The notes beneath the pieces were generated by a model. It saw only the letters and a list, made by a program, of their open reading frames with translations. It searched no databases and was not told the DNA's origin. The position numbers and the translations under genes were made by a program. Shown here piece by piece: positions 10,824-20,909 of a stretch of 64,000 bases of DNA (its first letter is position 1; every line of letters starts with the position of its first letter). The stretch lies in the NCBI GenBank assembly GCA_965232515.1, contig CBDDPY010000002.1, forward strand, positions 3,616,001-3,680,000, read 5' to 3'. Source of the stretch: Alphaproteobacteria bacterium. Lineage in GTDB: Bacteria > Pseudomonadota > Alphaproteobacteria > GCA-2731375.

Positions 10824-12421
10824 CGTCGATGACCGTCGCCGAAGCCCTGATCGCGGCATTCAAGCGCCGCGGCGTGCAGCGGATGTTCGGAGTGCCCGGC
10901 GGCGGCAGCAGCCTCGACCTGATCGACGCCGCCGCCGAACAGGACATCGACTTCGTCCTTGCCCGCCGCGAGGATGCCGCCGTGATGATGGCCGCGGCCA
11001 CGGCCGAGCTGTCGGGCGCGCCGGGCGTGGCGCTGACCACCAAGGGGCCGGGCACGGCCAACGCCGTCAACGGCGTCGCCTATGCGTCGCTCGACCGCGC
11101 GCCGCTGATCCTGCTGACCGACGGCTTCAATCCGGCCCAGCAGGGCTATGTCACCCACCAGGTGTTCGACCAGCACGCCATGCTGCAACCGGTGGCGAAG
11201 GCGCACAGCCGGCTCGACGGCGCCGACGCGGCCGACGAGATCGACCGCCTGCTGGCTGTCGCAACGACGCCGCCCCTCGGTCCGGTCCACATCGAGCTGA
11301 CGGCCGTCGCCGCGCGCGCCGCCTGCGAGGTCGCCTCGCCGACAACCGTGCAACCGTCTGCACCCAAACCGTTCGATTCCACCGCCGCCCGCGAACTGCT
11401 GGCCGGCGCGCGCCGGCCCGTCGTCGTTGCCGGCCTGGAAGCGCGCGATCTGGCCGGGACGCAGGCTGTCGCGGCGCTGATCGCCGAGCTCGGCTGCCCG
11501 GCGCTGGTGACCTACAAGGCGAAGGGCGTGATCCCCGACGATCACCCGCAGTTCGCCGGCGTCTTCACCGGCGGTCAGGCGGAACGGGCCTGTGTCGACC
11601 GAGCCGACCTGATCCTGTTGCTGGGCGCCGATCCCGTCGAGTTCATCCTGAAGCCGTGGCCCTACGACAAAGCGATTGTCGAGGTCGGCCTGGCGCCGCA
11701 TCCCGTGCATTACGTGACGCCCACCGCCGGCATCTACGGCCCGCTCCACGCCGGCATCGCGGCGCTCCGCGGCGGCAACAGCGGCAGCGACTGGACGGCG
11801 GAAGAAATCGCGGATCTGCGGGCCGGCATGACGGCGGGGCTCGCCTATCCCGGCGCCGGTCCGCTCAACCCGCAGAGCGTCGTCGAAATCGCCCAGGCCG
11901 AGCTGACCGGCGATCCGCGCGTCACCGTCGACGCCGGCGCGCACATGATCTCGGCCATGGCCTTCTGGCAGGCCCAGCGCGCCAATGACATGCTGATCTC
12001 GAACGGCCTCGCCACCATGGGCTTCGCTCTGCCGGCGGCCATCGCCGGCGCGCTCGAAGATCCAGTGCGCGGCGCGCTCGCCTTTACCGGCGACGGCGGT
12101 TTCATGATGTGCGCCGGCGAGCTCGCCACCGCCGCCCAGCACGACGCCAACATCACGGTCGTGGTGTTCAACGACGGCGCGCTGTCGCTGATCGACATCA
12201 AGCAGCAGAGCCGCGGCCTGAGCCCGCGCGGCGTGCGTTGGCCGCGTTCAGATTTCGCCCGCGTGGCCGAAGGCTTCGGTTGCCGGGCCTGGCGCGTCGA
12301 CACGGTCGACGCCTACCGCGACGCGCTCGGCCAAGCGAACGAAACGCCCGGCCCCGCACTCATCGACGTCCACATCGATCCCGCCGGCTACCGCGAACAG
12401 CTCGCAGCCTTGCGGGGTTAG
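10820..12421 (+). CDS. Thiamine-diphosphate-dependent enzyme (acetolactate synthase-like family)
   Basis: FGVPGGG, conserved Glu (RRED), GPGTAN, GDG...NDG ThDP motif; ATGA overlap with the hydantoinase A stop. Confidence 0.9.
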   Translation: MTSMTVAEALIAAFKRRGVQRMFGVPGGGSSLDLIDAAAEQDIDFVLARREDAAVMMAAATAELSGAPGVALTTKGPGTANAVNGVAYASLDRAPLILLTDGFNPAQQGYVTHQVFDQHAMLQPVAKAHSRLDGADAADEIDRLLAVATTPPLGPVHIELTAVAARAACEVASPTTVQPSAPKPFDSTAARELLAGARRPVVVAGLEARDLAGTQAVAALIAELGCPALVTYKAKGVIPDDHPQFAGVFTGGQAERACVDRADLILLLGADPVEFILKPWPYDKAIVEVGLAPHPVHYVTPTAGIYGPLHAGIAALRGGNSGSDWTAEEIADLRAGMTAGLAYPGAGPLNPQSVVEIAQAELTGDPRVTVDAGAHMISAMAFWQAQRANDMLISNGLATMGFALPAAIAGALEDPVRGALAFTGDGGFMMCAGELATAAQHDANITVVVFNDGALSLIDIKQQSRGLSPRGVRWPRSDFARVAEGFGCRAWRVDTVDAYRDALGQANETPGPALIDVHIDPAGYREQLAALRG

Positions 12422-12429
12422 TGCCCGAA

Positions 12430-12443
12430 TTGATCTGCGTCAT
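12430..12443. promoter_or_regulatory. FNR/FixK-type box TTGATctgcGTCAT upstream of pncB
   Basis: One mismatch to consensus, 51 bp upstream of the pncB start. Confidence 0.65.
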
Positions 12444-12493
12444 CACGCCGGCCGCGCGGATCGCCTTAGCTCTGCCGGACGGGCGGCAAGGCG

Positions 12494-13831
12494 ATGACAA
12501 CGGACGGCTTCCTCACCGATCTCTATCAATTCACCATGCTGCAGGGCTATCTGGCGCGCGGCATGACCGAGACGGCGGTGTTCGAGTTCTTCGTGCGCCG
12601 GCTGCCGGCGCGGCGCAGTTTCCTGATCGCCGCCGGACTCGAGCAGGCCGTCGACTACCTCTCGAACCTGCAATTCACCGGCGACGAGCTCGACTGGCTC
12701 GCCGGCACCGGCCATGTCGACGACGCGGTGATCGACTATCTGGCCGCGTTCCGGTTTCACGGCGACGTCGACGCCATGCCGGAAGGCACGGTGTTTTTCG
12801 CCGACGAGCCGATCCTGCGCGTGACGGCGCCCTTGCCGGCGGCGCAGGTCGTCGAAAGCCGGCTGATCAACATCCTGCATTTCCAAACGCTCGTGGCCTC
12901 AAAGGCCGCGCGCATGGTGCTGACCGCGCCAGGCAAGCGGCTGGTCGATTTCGGGTTCCGGCGGGCGCACGGCGCCGAGGCCGGCCTGTTCGCCGCTCGC
13001 GCCGCCTACCTCGCCGGCTTCGCCGGCAGCGCCACCGTTTTGGCCGAACGCCGCTACGGCGTACCGGCCTACGGCACGGTCGCGCATTCCTTCATCCAGG
13101 CGCATGACGACGAGGCCGCGGCGTTCGAGAGCTTCGCCCGGTCGCGGCCGAAGAACGCGGTGCTGCTGATCGACACCTACGACACGGTGGCCGCGGCGCG
13201 AAAGGTCGTCGAACTGACGCCACGACTGGCCGCGGACGGCATCGCCATCGCCGGCGTGCGGCTCGACAGTGGCGACCTCGCCGCGCTGGCGCGCGATGTA
13301 CGCCGGGTCTTCGACGCGGCCGGCCTGCAGGACCTGTCGATTTTCGCCAGCAGCGGCATCGACGAATACCAGCTCGCCGAGCTGCTGGCGAAAGACGCAC
13401 CGATCGACGGCTTCGGCATCGGCACGCATCTGACGACCTCGGCCGATGCGCCCTATCTCGACTGCGCCTACAAGCTGCAGGAATATGCCGGCCGGCCGCG
13501 CCGCAAGCGCTCCTCGGGCAAGGCCACCTGGCCCGGCCGGAAACAGGTTTACCGCCGCCTCGACGGCGACGGCGTCATGAACGGCGACGTTCTGACGCTG
13601 ATCGGCGACCGCCCGTCGGGCCAGCCGTTGCTGCGGCCGGTGATGCGCGGCGGCGTGCATGTCGGTCCGGCCGAAAGCCTCGACGACATTCGAGGGCGCG
13701 TCGGCGCGCAACTGGCCGCATTGCCGGCGCCGCTCAAATCACTTGAAACGTCCGCGGCGTATCCTGTGGCCGTTGCGCCGGCCCTGCGTGCGCTGGCCGA
13801 GGAAGTGGACGAGGCAACCGGTGCGGCCTAG
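12494..13831 (+). CDS. pncB: Nicotinate phosphoribosyltransferase
   Basis: LTDLYQFTM, DFGFRRAHG, GTVAHS, LIDTYDT, GVRLDSGD and DCAYKL motifs. Confidence 0.95.
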   Translation: MTTDGFLTDLYQFTMLQGYLARGMTETAVFEFFVRRLPARRSFLIAAGLEQAVDYLSNLQFTGDELDWLAGTGHVDDAVIDYLAAFRFHGDVDAMPEGTVFFADEPILRVTAPLPAAQVVESRLINILHFQTLVASKAARMVLTAPGKRLVDFGFRRAHGAEAGLFAARAAYLAGFAGSATVLAERRYGVPAYGTVAHSFIQAHDDEAAAFESFARSRPKNAVLLIDTYDTVAAARKVVELTPRLAADGIAIAGVRLDSGDLAALARDVRRVFDAAGLQDLSIFASSGIDEYQLAELLAKDAPIDGFGIGTHLTTSADAPYLDCAYKLQEYAGRPRRKRSSGKATWPGRKQVYRRLDGDGVMNGDVLTLIGDRPSGQPLLRPVMRGGVHVGPAESLDDIRGRVGAQLAALPAPLKSLETSAAYPVAVAPALRALAEEVDEATGAA

Positions 13832-14085
13832 AGCCGCTTTTCTTCTTCCTCGACTTCGTCGGCCGTGACGATCTCGTAGACCTCGCCGACGACGCCGGCG
13901 GCCGGCTTCTCCAGTTCGCCCATGACGTCGTCCGCGCCGGCGATCCAGGCGCTCACCTCCTCGAGATCGCCGAGCGTCGCGCCCGTCGCCTCGATCGCGG
14001 CGACCTTCGCGTCGCTGAGTTCACCGAGGATGCGCAGGATGTCGTCATGCGTCGCTTTGCCGGCGTGCGGATTGGGCGTGGTCAT
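13828..14085 (-). CDS. Small acidic hypothetical protein (85 aa)
   Basis: MTTPNPHAGKATHDDILRILGELSDAKVAAIEATGATLGDLEEV...; preceded by an FNR box; convergent overlap with pncB. Confidence 0.7.
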   Translation of the reverse strand: MTTPNPHAGKATHDDILRILGELSDAKVAAIEATGATLGDLEEVSAWIAGADDVMGELEKPAAGVVGEVYEIVTADEVEEEEKRL

Positions 14086-14120
14086 GCCAACCAGGGTAGC
14101 CAAGCGCCGGACGGCGCGGC

Positions 14121-14134
14121 TTGATCTGCGTCAG
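14121..14134. promoter_or_regulatory. FNR/FixK-type box TTGATctgcGTCAG
   Basis: One mismatch; centre lies about 42 bp from the ATG at 14085. Confidence 0.65.
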
Positions 14135-14709
14135 GCCGCGGCCTGGCCGGCGGCGGACGGCGGCGATGCGAACGGGCGGTTCCACGGCATCAGCGCCAGC
14201 ATGCGGGCCATGCCGCAGAAGCCGGTCGCGCCGGCGAAGACCAGACCGGCGCCGACGAAGGCGCTGAGCCCCATGAACCAGGGCGAGACCAGCACGGCCA
14301 GCACAACGCCCAGCACCACCAGCGAGCCGGCCGCGATCTGCACCTGCCGCATGATGTCGATGGGCGCCTTCTTGCTCAGATGCACCGGGAAACCGGCTCG
14401 CTTCCAGCCCTCGAGCCCGCCGTCGAGGTGATAGACCTCGCGGAAGCCGGTGCGGAGGATGCTCTCGGCCGCCATCGCCGTGCGGTTGCCGGTGCGGCAG
14501 TGGAACACGGCGATCTTGTCGGCGTCGCGCGTGAAATCGGCCTGGTCGAAACCGGCGAGCGGCACGAGGCGCGCGCCGATGATGTGCTCGCGGTTGTATT
14601 CCAGCGGTTCGCGCACGTCGATCAGCACCGCCTTATCGTCCTCGAGCCAGCGATGCGCGGTCTTGGCGTCGATCTCATGCAGTTGCGCGGGCGCAGCGTT
14701 CGTCATCAT
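14131..14709 (-). CDS. Membrane rhodanese (YgaP-like, rhodanese + DUF2892)
   Basis: LIDVREPLEY...HI, active-site CRTGNR, LDGGLEGW, C-terminal TM hairpin with GFCGMA...MPWN. Confidence 0.9.
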   Translation of the reverse strand: MMTNAAPAQLHEIDAKTAHRWLEDDKAVLIDVREPLEYNREHIIGARLVPLAGFDQADFTRDADKIAVFHCRTGNRTAMAAESILRTGFREVYHLDGGLEGWKRAGFPVHLSKKAPIDIMRQVQIAAGSLVVLGVVLAVLVSPWFMGLSAFVGAGLVFAGATGFCGMARMLALMPWNRPFASPPSAAGQAAA

Positions 14710-14735
14710 CGTCAGTCCCTCGGTTCGTGGTGTGC

Positions 14736-15071
14736 TCAGCTCACGGTCTCGGCCAGTCGTTCGCTCTCCCGCCCGGCCGGCGCGCAATAGATTTCGTACA
14801 GCAGCTCGATCACCCGCCGCGCCGCTATGCCGTGAAGGTCGTAGTAGATCGTCTGCGCCTCGCGCCGCGGCGTGACCAAGCCGTCCTTGCGCAGCAACGA
14901 CAATTGTTGTGACGCCGCCGCCTGGCGCAGCCCGAGCGCGTCCGCGAGCTGGCCGACGGACTTCTCCCCGTCCGCGAGTTGGCAGAGGATCATCAGCCGG
15001 TTCTCATTCGACAGCGCCTTCATCAACTCGCTCGCCCGCCGGGCGGCCTGTTGCATATCTTTTATATTCAT
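14736..15071 (-). CDS. ArsR/SmtB regulator, BigR/SqrR/YgaV-like (persulfide sensor)
   Basis: LMKALSNENRLMILCQL...LYEIYC: Cys pair at the BigR/SqrR positions; upstream of rhodanese. Confidence 0.88.
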   Translation of the reverse strand: MNIKDMQQAARRASELMKALSNENRLMILCQLADGEKSVGQLADALGLRQAAASQQLSLLRKDGLVTPRREAQTIYYDLHGIAARRVIELLYEIYCAPAGRESERLAETVS

Positions 15072-15088
15072 ACATCTAGATATATGAA
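15067..15088. promoter_or_regulatory. Palindromic operator TTCATAcATCTAGATaTATGAA overlapping the ArsR start codon
   Basis: 22-bp near-perfect inverted repeat; minus-strand TTGACG -35 at 15107-15102. Confidence 0.65.
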
Positions 15089-15149
15089 CTTACAGGAGAA
15101 GCGTCAATAGCTCAGCTACCGCTCGCCGGCGTCTGCCCGGTAGACAAGC

Positions 15150-15163
15150 TTGATCCGTCTCAA
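15150..15163. promoter_or_regulatory. FNR/FixK-type box TTGATccgtCTCAA upstream of the USP gene
   Basis: One mismatch; CAGAAT -10-like hexamer at 15186-15191. Confidence 0.65.
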
Positions 15164-15253
15164 GGCCGCCCTGGCGGCGCGATATCAGAATGTTTCCTGC
15201 TCTGTCGGACAGCGGCGCGGCGCTGGCCATCGCCAACAACAGGACCGGACGTC

Positions 15254-15757
15254 ATGTTCAATTCCATCGTCGCCGCGATTGACGGCTCGGAACATTCCCG
15301 CAAGGCGCTTGCCGCGGCCATCGATATCGCCGTCAGGTACCGCGCCAAGCTGGCGATCGTGCATGTCCTGCTGCGCGGCGAGAGCCCCGATGCGGTCCGG
15401 GGCCTGGCCGAGACCGAACGTCTGGACGCGCCGATCGAGGTCAAGCCGGTGCGCACGGCGACCATTGGCATCGCCTTCTGGCCGGAATATGTCAGCGGCG
15501 ACTCGCTGGAGCGGCTCGGCAACGCGCTCCTGGAGAACGCCGTGGTACAGGCCCGCGAGCACGGGTTGACCGAGGTCGACGCCACGCTGGCCGACGGCGA
15601 CCCGGCCCGCACCATCGTGAAATATGCCGAATCCAGCGACATCGACCTGATCGTCATGGGCTCGCGCGGCCTGAGCAACCTGAAGGAGATCCTGATCGGC
15701 AGCGTCTCCAGCCGCATCCACGAGCTCGCCCACTGCGCCTGCCTGCTGGTGAAATAG
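15254..15757 (+). CDS. Universal stress protein
   Basis: IVAAIDGSEHS...DLIVMGSRG...IGSVS...CACLLVK. Confidence 0.95.
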   Translation: MFNSIVAAIDGSEHSRKALAAAIDIAVRYRAKLAIVHVLLRGESPDAVRGLAETERLDAPIEVKPVRTATIGIAFWPEYVSGDSLERLGNALLENAVVQAREHGLTEVDATLADGDPARTIVKYAESSDIDLIVMGSRGLSNLKEILIGSVSSRIHELAHCACLLVK

Positions 15758-15780
15758 GGCTACCCAGCTATGATGCTTAG

Positions 15781-15844
15781 TTCCGGTGACAGTAACCTTA
15801 ATTCAGTGTGCGATGCGCGCGAGATAAGGTTACTGTCACCGGAA
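15781..15844. repeat. Perfect 20-bp inverted repeat (TTCCGGTGACAGTAACCTTA / TAAGGTTACTGTCACCGGAA) with 24-bp spacer
   Basis: Read directly, between convergent USP and yhhJ genes. Confidence 0.85.
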
Positions 15845-15892
15845 TTTTCCTATAGAAGCAGCACCCCGCCGCCGACGTTCCACGCTGTCGGT

Positions 15893-17017
15893 TCAGCGCA
15901 TCGTGGCAATGCTGCGGCGGAAGCGGAGGGCGGCGAAGGCGAAGAACAGGCCGCCGATGCCGACCACCAGCCCGAATTTCGGCCAGACGATGTCGAGCCC
16001 GGCGCCGCGATAGAGGATCGACTGGGCGAAATTGACGAAGTGCACTGACGGCACCGCCTGCATGATCGCTTGAAGCTGCTTGGGCTGGCTTTCGATCGGG
16101 GTCTCGGCGCCCGACAGCATCATCATCGGCAGCGCCACCAGGATGAACAGCAGGCCGAACTGCGGCATCGACCGCGCGATGGTGCCGAGAAAGATGCCGA
16201 GCGCCGTGGCGAAGAACAGGTAGAGCACCGTGCCGGTCAGGAACAGCGGCCGCGAGCCGGCGACCGGCACCTGCAGCAGCGTCTCGACCACCACCCACAG
16301 CGACACCGCGACGGCGACCAGGATCACAAGACCGTTCGCCCAGACCTTGGCCATCATGATCTCGAACGGCGTCAGCGGCATGACCAGCAGATGCTCGATG
16401 GTGCCATGCTCGCGCTCGCGGATAAGCGCCGCGCCGGTCAGCACGATCGACAGCATGGTCACGTTGTTGATGATCTCCATGACGCTGGTGAACCAGGCGC
16501 CGGTCAGGTTCGGGTTGAAGGCATAGCGCACAGTCAGGCCGACGGGCGGTCCGTGAGGCGGTTGGGCGCCGGCGACGAACCGTGCGATCTCCTGATGCAG
16601 GATGTTGCCGATATAACCGTTGCCGATGCCCGCCTGCATCATCACGGTGGCGTCGATATTGACCTGCAGCCCGGGCTGGCTGCCGCTCAGGATATCGGCC
16701 TGGAACCCGCTCGGGATCACCAACACGAAGGTGTAGCGGCCCGAATCCAGCACCGCGTCGATGTCCGCGAAGTCGATCATCTCAGGTTCGTTGAAATAGG
16801 GCGGCAGGAAGGCCTCGCGGATCCGGGTCGAGAGCTGTGACCGGTCTTCGTCGACGATGGCGATGGCGCCGTTGTTGAGGTCATGCGACATGCCGGTCGC
16901 CGCGCTGTAAACCGACAGCGTGAAGGCCCAAATAATCAGCCCGAGCAGCACCGGGTCGCGGCGCAGGCTGAACAGCTCCTTTATGCCGAGGCGGTAGATG
17001 TTGCTGAGCGTCCGCAT
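15893..17017 (-). CDS. yhhJ: ABC-2 permease YhhJ-like
   Basis: LGIKELFSL.RD, IVDEDRSQLS, REREHGTIEHLLVMP motifs. Confidence 0.88.
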   Translation of the reverse strand: MRTLSNIYRLGIKELFSLRRDPVLLGLIIWAFTLSVYSAATGMSHDLNNGAIAIVDEDRSQLSTRIREAFLPPYFNEPEMIDFADIDAVLDSGRYTFVLVIPSGFQADILSGSQPGLQVNIDATVMMQAGIGNGYIGNILHQEIARFVAGAQPPHGPPVGLTVRYAFNPNLTGAWFTSVMEIINNVTMLSIVLTGAALIREREHGTIEHLLVMPLTPFEIMMAKVWANGLVILVAVAVSLWVVVETLLQVPVAGSRPLFLTGTVLYLFFATALGIFLGTIARSMPQFGLLFILVALPMMMLSGAETPIESQPKQLQAIMQAVPSVHFVNFAQSILYRGAGLDIVWPKFGLVVGIGGLFFAFAALRFRRSIATMR

Positions 17018-17018
17018 C

Positions 17019-19760
17019 TCAACGCGCCTGCTTGGGCAGCAGCGCAAGGCTCAGCAGGGTCAGAACCGGGATGAACGCCGCCAGCGCCAGGAAGTTGGGC
17101 GCCTGCTCGGCGAAGCCCAGCGCCTTGGTGAAGCTGCCGACGCTGATATGGATGAAGTAGGTGGTCGGAAACAGCGTGCCGACGACGGCGGCGCCGCCCT
17201 CCAGCGCCGAAACCGGCTGCAGCATGCCGGAGAACTGCACCGCCGGCAGCGTCGTGCCGATCGCCGTGCCGAACAAGGCGGCGGTCTGTGTCTTGGTGAA
17301 CGTCGAGATCACCAGGCCGAGACCGGTCGTCGCCACGACATATAACAACGCGCCCAGCGTCAGCGCCGCGACGCTACCCTTTACCGGCACTTCGAACAGC
17401 AGCACCGCCAGCAGCAGCATCAGCACGAAGTTGACCATGCCGACGGCCACATACGGCAGTTGCTTGCCGAGCAGGAACTCGAGACGGCTGACCGGCGTCA
17501 CGTACAGGTTGGTGATCGAGCCAAGCTCCTTCTCGCGCACGACTCCGAGCGCCATCAGGATCGCCGGAATGAAGATCAGCAGCAGCGCAATGTTCATCGG
17601 CACCATGGAGAACACGCTCTTGAAGTCCTGGTTGTAGCGGAACCGCGGTTCCAGCTCTAAGGGCGGCTCGGGCGGCGGCGCGACTTCGCCGCGGCGCGCC
17701 AGCTCGGCAAGGTAATGGTCGTGCAGCCCGGCGACGTAGCCGTAGATCGTCTCCGCCCGGAACGGCATGGCGCCGTCGATCCAGGCGGCGATTTCGGGCC
17801 GGCGATCGCGCAGCAGGTCCTTGCCGAAACCGGGCGGCACTTCGATCGCCAGCGTGATGTCGCCGCTCTTCAGGCGCCGGTCCATCTCGGCATGGTCGGC
17901 GACCGGCGGCTTTTCCAAAAAATAGCGCGAGCCCGCCAGCCCCTCGAGATAGGTTCGGCTTTCCGGCGTGCGGTCGCGGTCGAGGACGGCGTAGGTCATG
18001 TCCTCGACGTCGAACGAGATGCCGTAACCGAAGACCAGCATCAGGATCGCCGTGCCCAGCAGCGCGAAGGTCAGCCGGATCGGATCGCGCATCATCTCCA
18101 TGGCCTCGCGCAGGCTGTAGGCGAACAGCCGCCGGAGGCTGAACCCTTTCGCCGGCGCGCTATGGACGTCCAGGTCCGTCATCGGCGTCGCAATCGCGCG
18201 GCCATCGTCCGCTGGCGTTTCGCCGCCGGCGGCGTCCTCCAGATAGGCGATGAACGCTTCTTCCAGACCGTCGACACCCCGCGCCCGGGCCAGCGCCGCC
18301 GGCGTATCGCTCGCCAGCACTTGGCCCGCGTGCATCAGCGAGACGCGGTCGCAGCGCACCGCCTCGTTCATGAAGTGCGTCGAGATGAAGATCGTAACGT
18401 CCTGGTTCCGCGACAGGTCGATCAGCAGCTCCCAGAAACCGTCGCGCGCGATCGGATCGACGCCTGATGTCGGCTCGTCGAGGATCAGCATCTCCGGCTC
18501 GTGGATGACCGCGACGGCGAGCGACAGGCGCTGCCGCACGCCGAGCGGCAGATCGGCGGTCAGCGCGTCGATGTGATCGGCCAGGCCGAAGTGCTCGACC
18601 AGCTCGGCGATCCGCGCATCGCGGCGCTCAGCCGGCAAATGGAACAGCCGCGCGTGCAAGTCCAGGTTCTGCCGCACGGTCAGCTCGGCATAGAGCGAAA
18701 ATGACTGCGACATGTAGCCGACACGATTGCGCGTCGCCAGGTCGTGCGCGTCGACCGGAGCGCCGAACAATTGCGCATCGCCCTCGGTCGGCGGCAGCAG
18801 CCCGGTCAGCATCTTCATCGTCGTCGTCTTGCCGCAGCCGTTCGAGCCGAGGAAGCCGAAGATCTCGCCGCGCTCGATACGAAAGCTGACGTTGTCGACG
18901 GCGGTGAACTTGCCGAACCGCCGGGTCAGGCCGTGCGCCTCGATCGCCGGCGCGCCGTCATGCGGGCGGCGGGGCGGGATGGTGACCGCCCGGTGCCGCC
19001 GCCGCCGGTCTTCCGGGAGCAAATTCACGAAAGCCGCCTCCAGGTCGTCGGCGCCCGCCTGAGCCTCGATCTCGGCCGGCGTGCCGGTCGCCAGCACGGC
19101 GCCGTCGTTCATCGCCACCAGCCAGTCGAACTGCGCCGCCTCGTCCATATAGGCCGTCGCCACCAACACGCTGACATGCGGCCGCTGCGCCCGGATGCGG
19201 TCGATCAGGGCCCAGAACTGCCGCCGCGACAGGGGATCGACGCCGGTCGTCGGCTCGTCCAGGATCAGCAGATCGGGATCGTGGATCAGCGCGCAGCACA
19301 GGCCCAGCTTCTGTTTCATGCCGCCCGACAGCTTGCCGGCCGGCCGGTCCGGAAACGGATCGAGGCCGGTGGCCGCCAGCAGCGCCGCGATGCGCCGTTC
19401 GCGCTCCGCCTTGCCCTGGCCGAACAGACGCCCGAAGAAATGCAGGTTCTCGGCCACCGTCAGGTCCATATAGAGGTTCTTGCCCAACCCCTGCGGCATA
19501 TAGGCGATGCGCGGGCAAACGGTGCGGCGGTGCCGCCGGCTGCGCATGTCGCCGCCCAGCGCCTGCACCCGGCCGGTCTGGATCCGCCGCGCGCCGGCGA
19601 TCAGGCCCAGAAGCGTCGACTTGCCGACGCCGTCGGGACCGATGAGGCCGACCATGCGGCCGGCGGGAATGTCGAGCGTGATGTCGCGCAGGGCGTCGAC
19701 ATCGCCGTAGCGGTGCCGGACGCCGTCCAGCACCGCGGCCGATGCCTGCGGTTCGGTCAC
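17019..19760 (-). CDS. rbbA: Ribosome-associated ATPase / ABC transporter RbbA (two ABC domains + permease)
   Basis: [44 protein letters not shown]; GTG start overlaps the upstream stop. Confidence 0.92.
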   Translation of the reverse strand: MTEPQASAAVLDGVRHRYGDVDALRDITLDIPAGRMVGLIGPDGVGKSTLLGLIAGARRIQTGRVQALGGDMRSRRHRRTVCPRIAYMPQGLGKNLYMDLTVAENLHFFGRLFGQGKAERERRIAALLAATGLDPFPDRPAGKLSGGMKQKLGLCCALIHDPDLLILDEPTTGVDPLSRRQFWALIDRIRAQRPHVSVLVATAYMDEAAQFDWLVAMNDGAVLATGTPAEIEAQAGADDLEAAFVNLLPEDRRRRHRAVTIPPRRPHDGAPAIEAHGLTRRFGKFTAVDNVSFRIERGEIFGFLGSNGCGKTTTMKMLTGLLPPTEGDAQLFGAPVDAHDLATRNRVGYMSQSFSLYAELTVRQNLDLHARLFHLPAERRDARIAELVEHFGLADHIDALTADLPLGVRQRLSLAVAVIHEPEMLILDEPTSGVDPIARDGFWELLIDLSRNQDVTIFISTHFMNEAVRCDRVSLMHAGQVLASDTPAALARARGVDGLEEAFIAYLEDAAGGETPADDGRAIATPMTDLDVHSAPAKGFSLRRLFAYSLREAMEMMRDPIRLTFALLGTAILMLVFGYGISFDVEDMTYAVLDRDRTPESRTYLEGLAGSRYFLEKPPVADHAEMDRRLKSGDITLAIEVPPGFGKDLLRDRRPEIAAWIDGAMPFRAETIYGYVAGLHDHYLAELARRGEVAPPPEPPLELEPRFRYNQDFKSVFSMVPMNIALLLIFIPAILMALGVVREKELGSITNLYVTPVSRLEFLLGKQLPYVAVGMVNFVLMLLLAVLLFEVPVKGSVAALTLGALLYVVATTGLGLVISTFTKTQTAALFGTAIGTTLPAVQFSGMLQPVSALEGGAAVVGTLFPTTYFIHISVGSFTKALGFAEQAPNFLALAAFIPVLTLLSLALLPKQAR

Positions 19761-20743
19761 GGCGCCGGCGGCAGGTTGACCGCCAGCCGGTCCGGCCAAA
19801 TAGCGTTCGCGCTCAACCGCACGAAGGCCTCGCCGGGCAGGCCGGTCTTCACCCGTTCCATGTGCTGGCGCAGCAGGTCGGGATCGATCTTCACCTTGAC
19901 CCGGAACATCAGCTTCTCGCGTTCCGTGCGGGTCTCGACCTCGCGCGGGGTGAACTGGGCTTCCGCCGCCACGAACGAGACCGTGGCCGGCACCACGTAT
20001 TCCGGCGCCGCGTCCAACACGATGCGCGCCTCCGAGCCGACCGAAACCCGGCCGACCTGCGCCGTCGGCAGGAAGATCGTCATGTAAACGTCGGTCAAAT
20101 CCAGAAGCGTCAGCACCCGGCCGCCGCCGTCCAGCACCTCGCCCGGCTCGGCCAGACGGTACTGCACCCGGCCGTCGCGCGGCGCCCGCAGCTCGGCTTC
20201 GGCGATCTGCGTGCGGATCCGCCGGGCCTCGGCCTCCGCGGCCTCAACCGCGCGTTTCGAGCTCGCGAGGTGCGCACGCGCGGCGGCCACCGCCGCCTTG
20301 GCGATATCGCGCTCGGACTGACGGCGGTCGGCCAGCTCGACCGAGATATGGCCTTTCTGGATCAGGAACAGCGCCCGGCCCAGTTCCTGTTCGGCAAACT
20401 TCAATTCGCTCTGTCGCTGGACGATGTCTGCCTTGGCCTCGGCCACTTCCTCCTGGGCTTGCGCGATATCGGCTTCGGCCCTGGCGAGACTCGCCTCCAG
20501 CTCGTCGACGTCCATCTGCGCCAGCACCTGGCCGGCCGTGACCATATCGCCTTCCTCGGCCAGCACCGTGACGATGCGACCGGGATACTTGGTCGCGACG
20601 TGAACTTCCTCGGCCTCGATGCGGCCGTTGCCGACGGCGATGTCGACCGGCAGCTTGTCCTGCTGGCTCTGCCACCAGTACCAGCCGCCGCCGGCAAGCC
20701 CGGCGACCAGGACGAGGGCAATGATGACGTTGCGTGTCCGCAC
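19757..20743 (-). CDS. yhiI: HlyD-family membrane fusion protein YhiI-like
   Basis: N-terminal [38 protein letters not shown]; probable GTG start with GGAG RBS. Confidence 0.88.
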   Translation of the reverse strand: MRTRNVIIALVLVAGLAGGGWYWWQSQQDKLPVDIAVGNGRIEAEEVHVATKYPGRIVTVLAEEGDMVTAGQVLAQMDVDELEASLARAEADIAQAQEEVAEAKADIVQRQSELKFAEQELGRALFLIQKGHISVELADRRQSERDIAKAAVAAARAHLASSKRAVEAAEAEARRIRTQIAEAELRAPRDGRVQYRLAEPGEVLDGGGRVLTLLDLTDVYMTIFLPTAQVGRVSVGSEARIVLDAAPEYVVPATVSFVAAEAQFTPREVETRTEREKLMFRVKVKIDPDLLRQHMERVKTGLPGEAFVRLSANAIWPDRLAVNLPPAP

Positions 20744-20819
20744 GGCGACACTGAGCTCCGATCGGGCCGGCGAATTCGGCGGGAACGCCCCAACATGCCG
20801 CCGCCGGCGGCTCCGCAAC

Positions 20820-20833
20820 TTGACCCAAATCAA
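20820..20833. promoter_or_regulatory. FNR/FixK-type box TTGACccaaATCAA between divergent yhiI and DUF2267 genes
   Basis: Consensus match. Confidence 0.75.
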
Positions 20834-20909
20834 GGCCGACGCCGCCGTTCGGGCTTCGAATGGGCCGCAATCATTCGCCTTCGATATGGCACGCCGATGG
20901 AGGTCGCCG

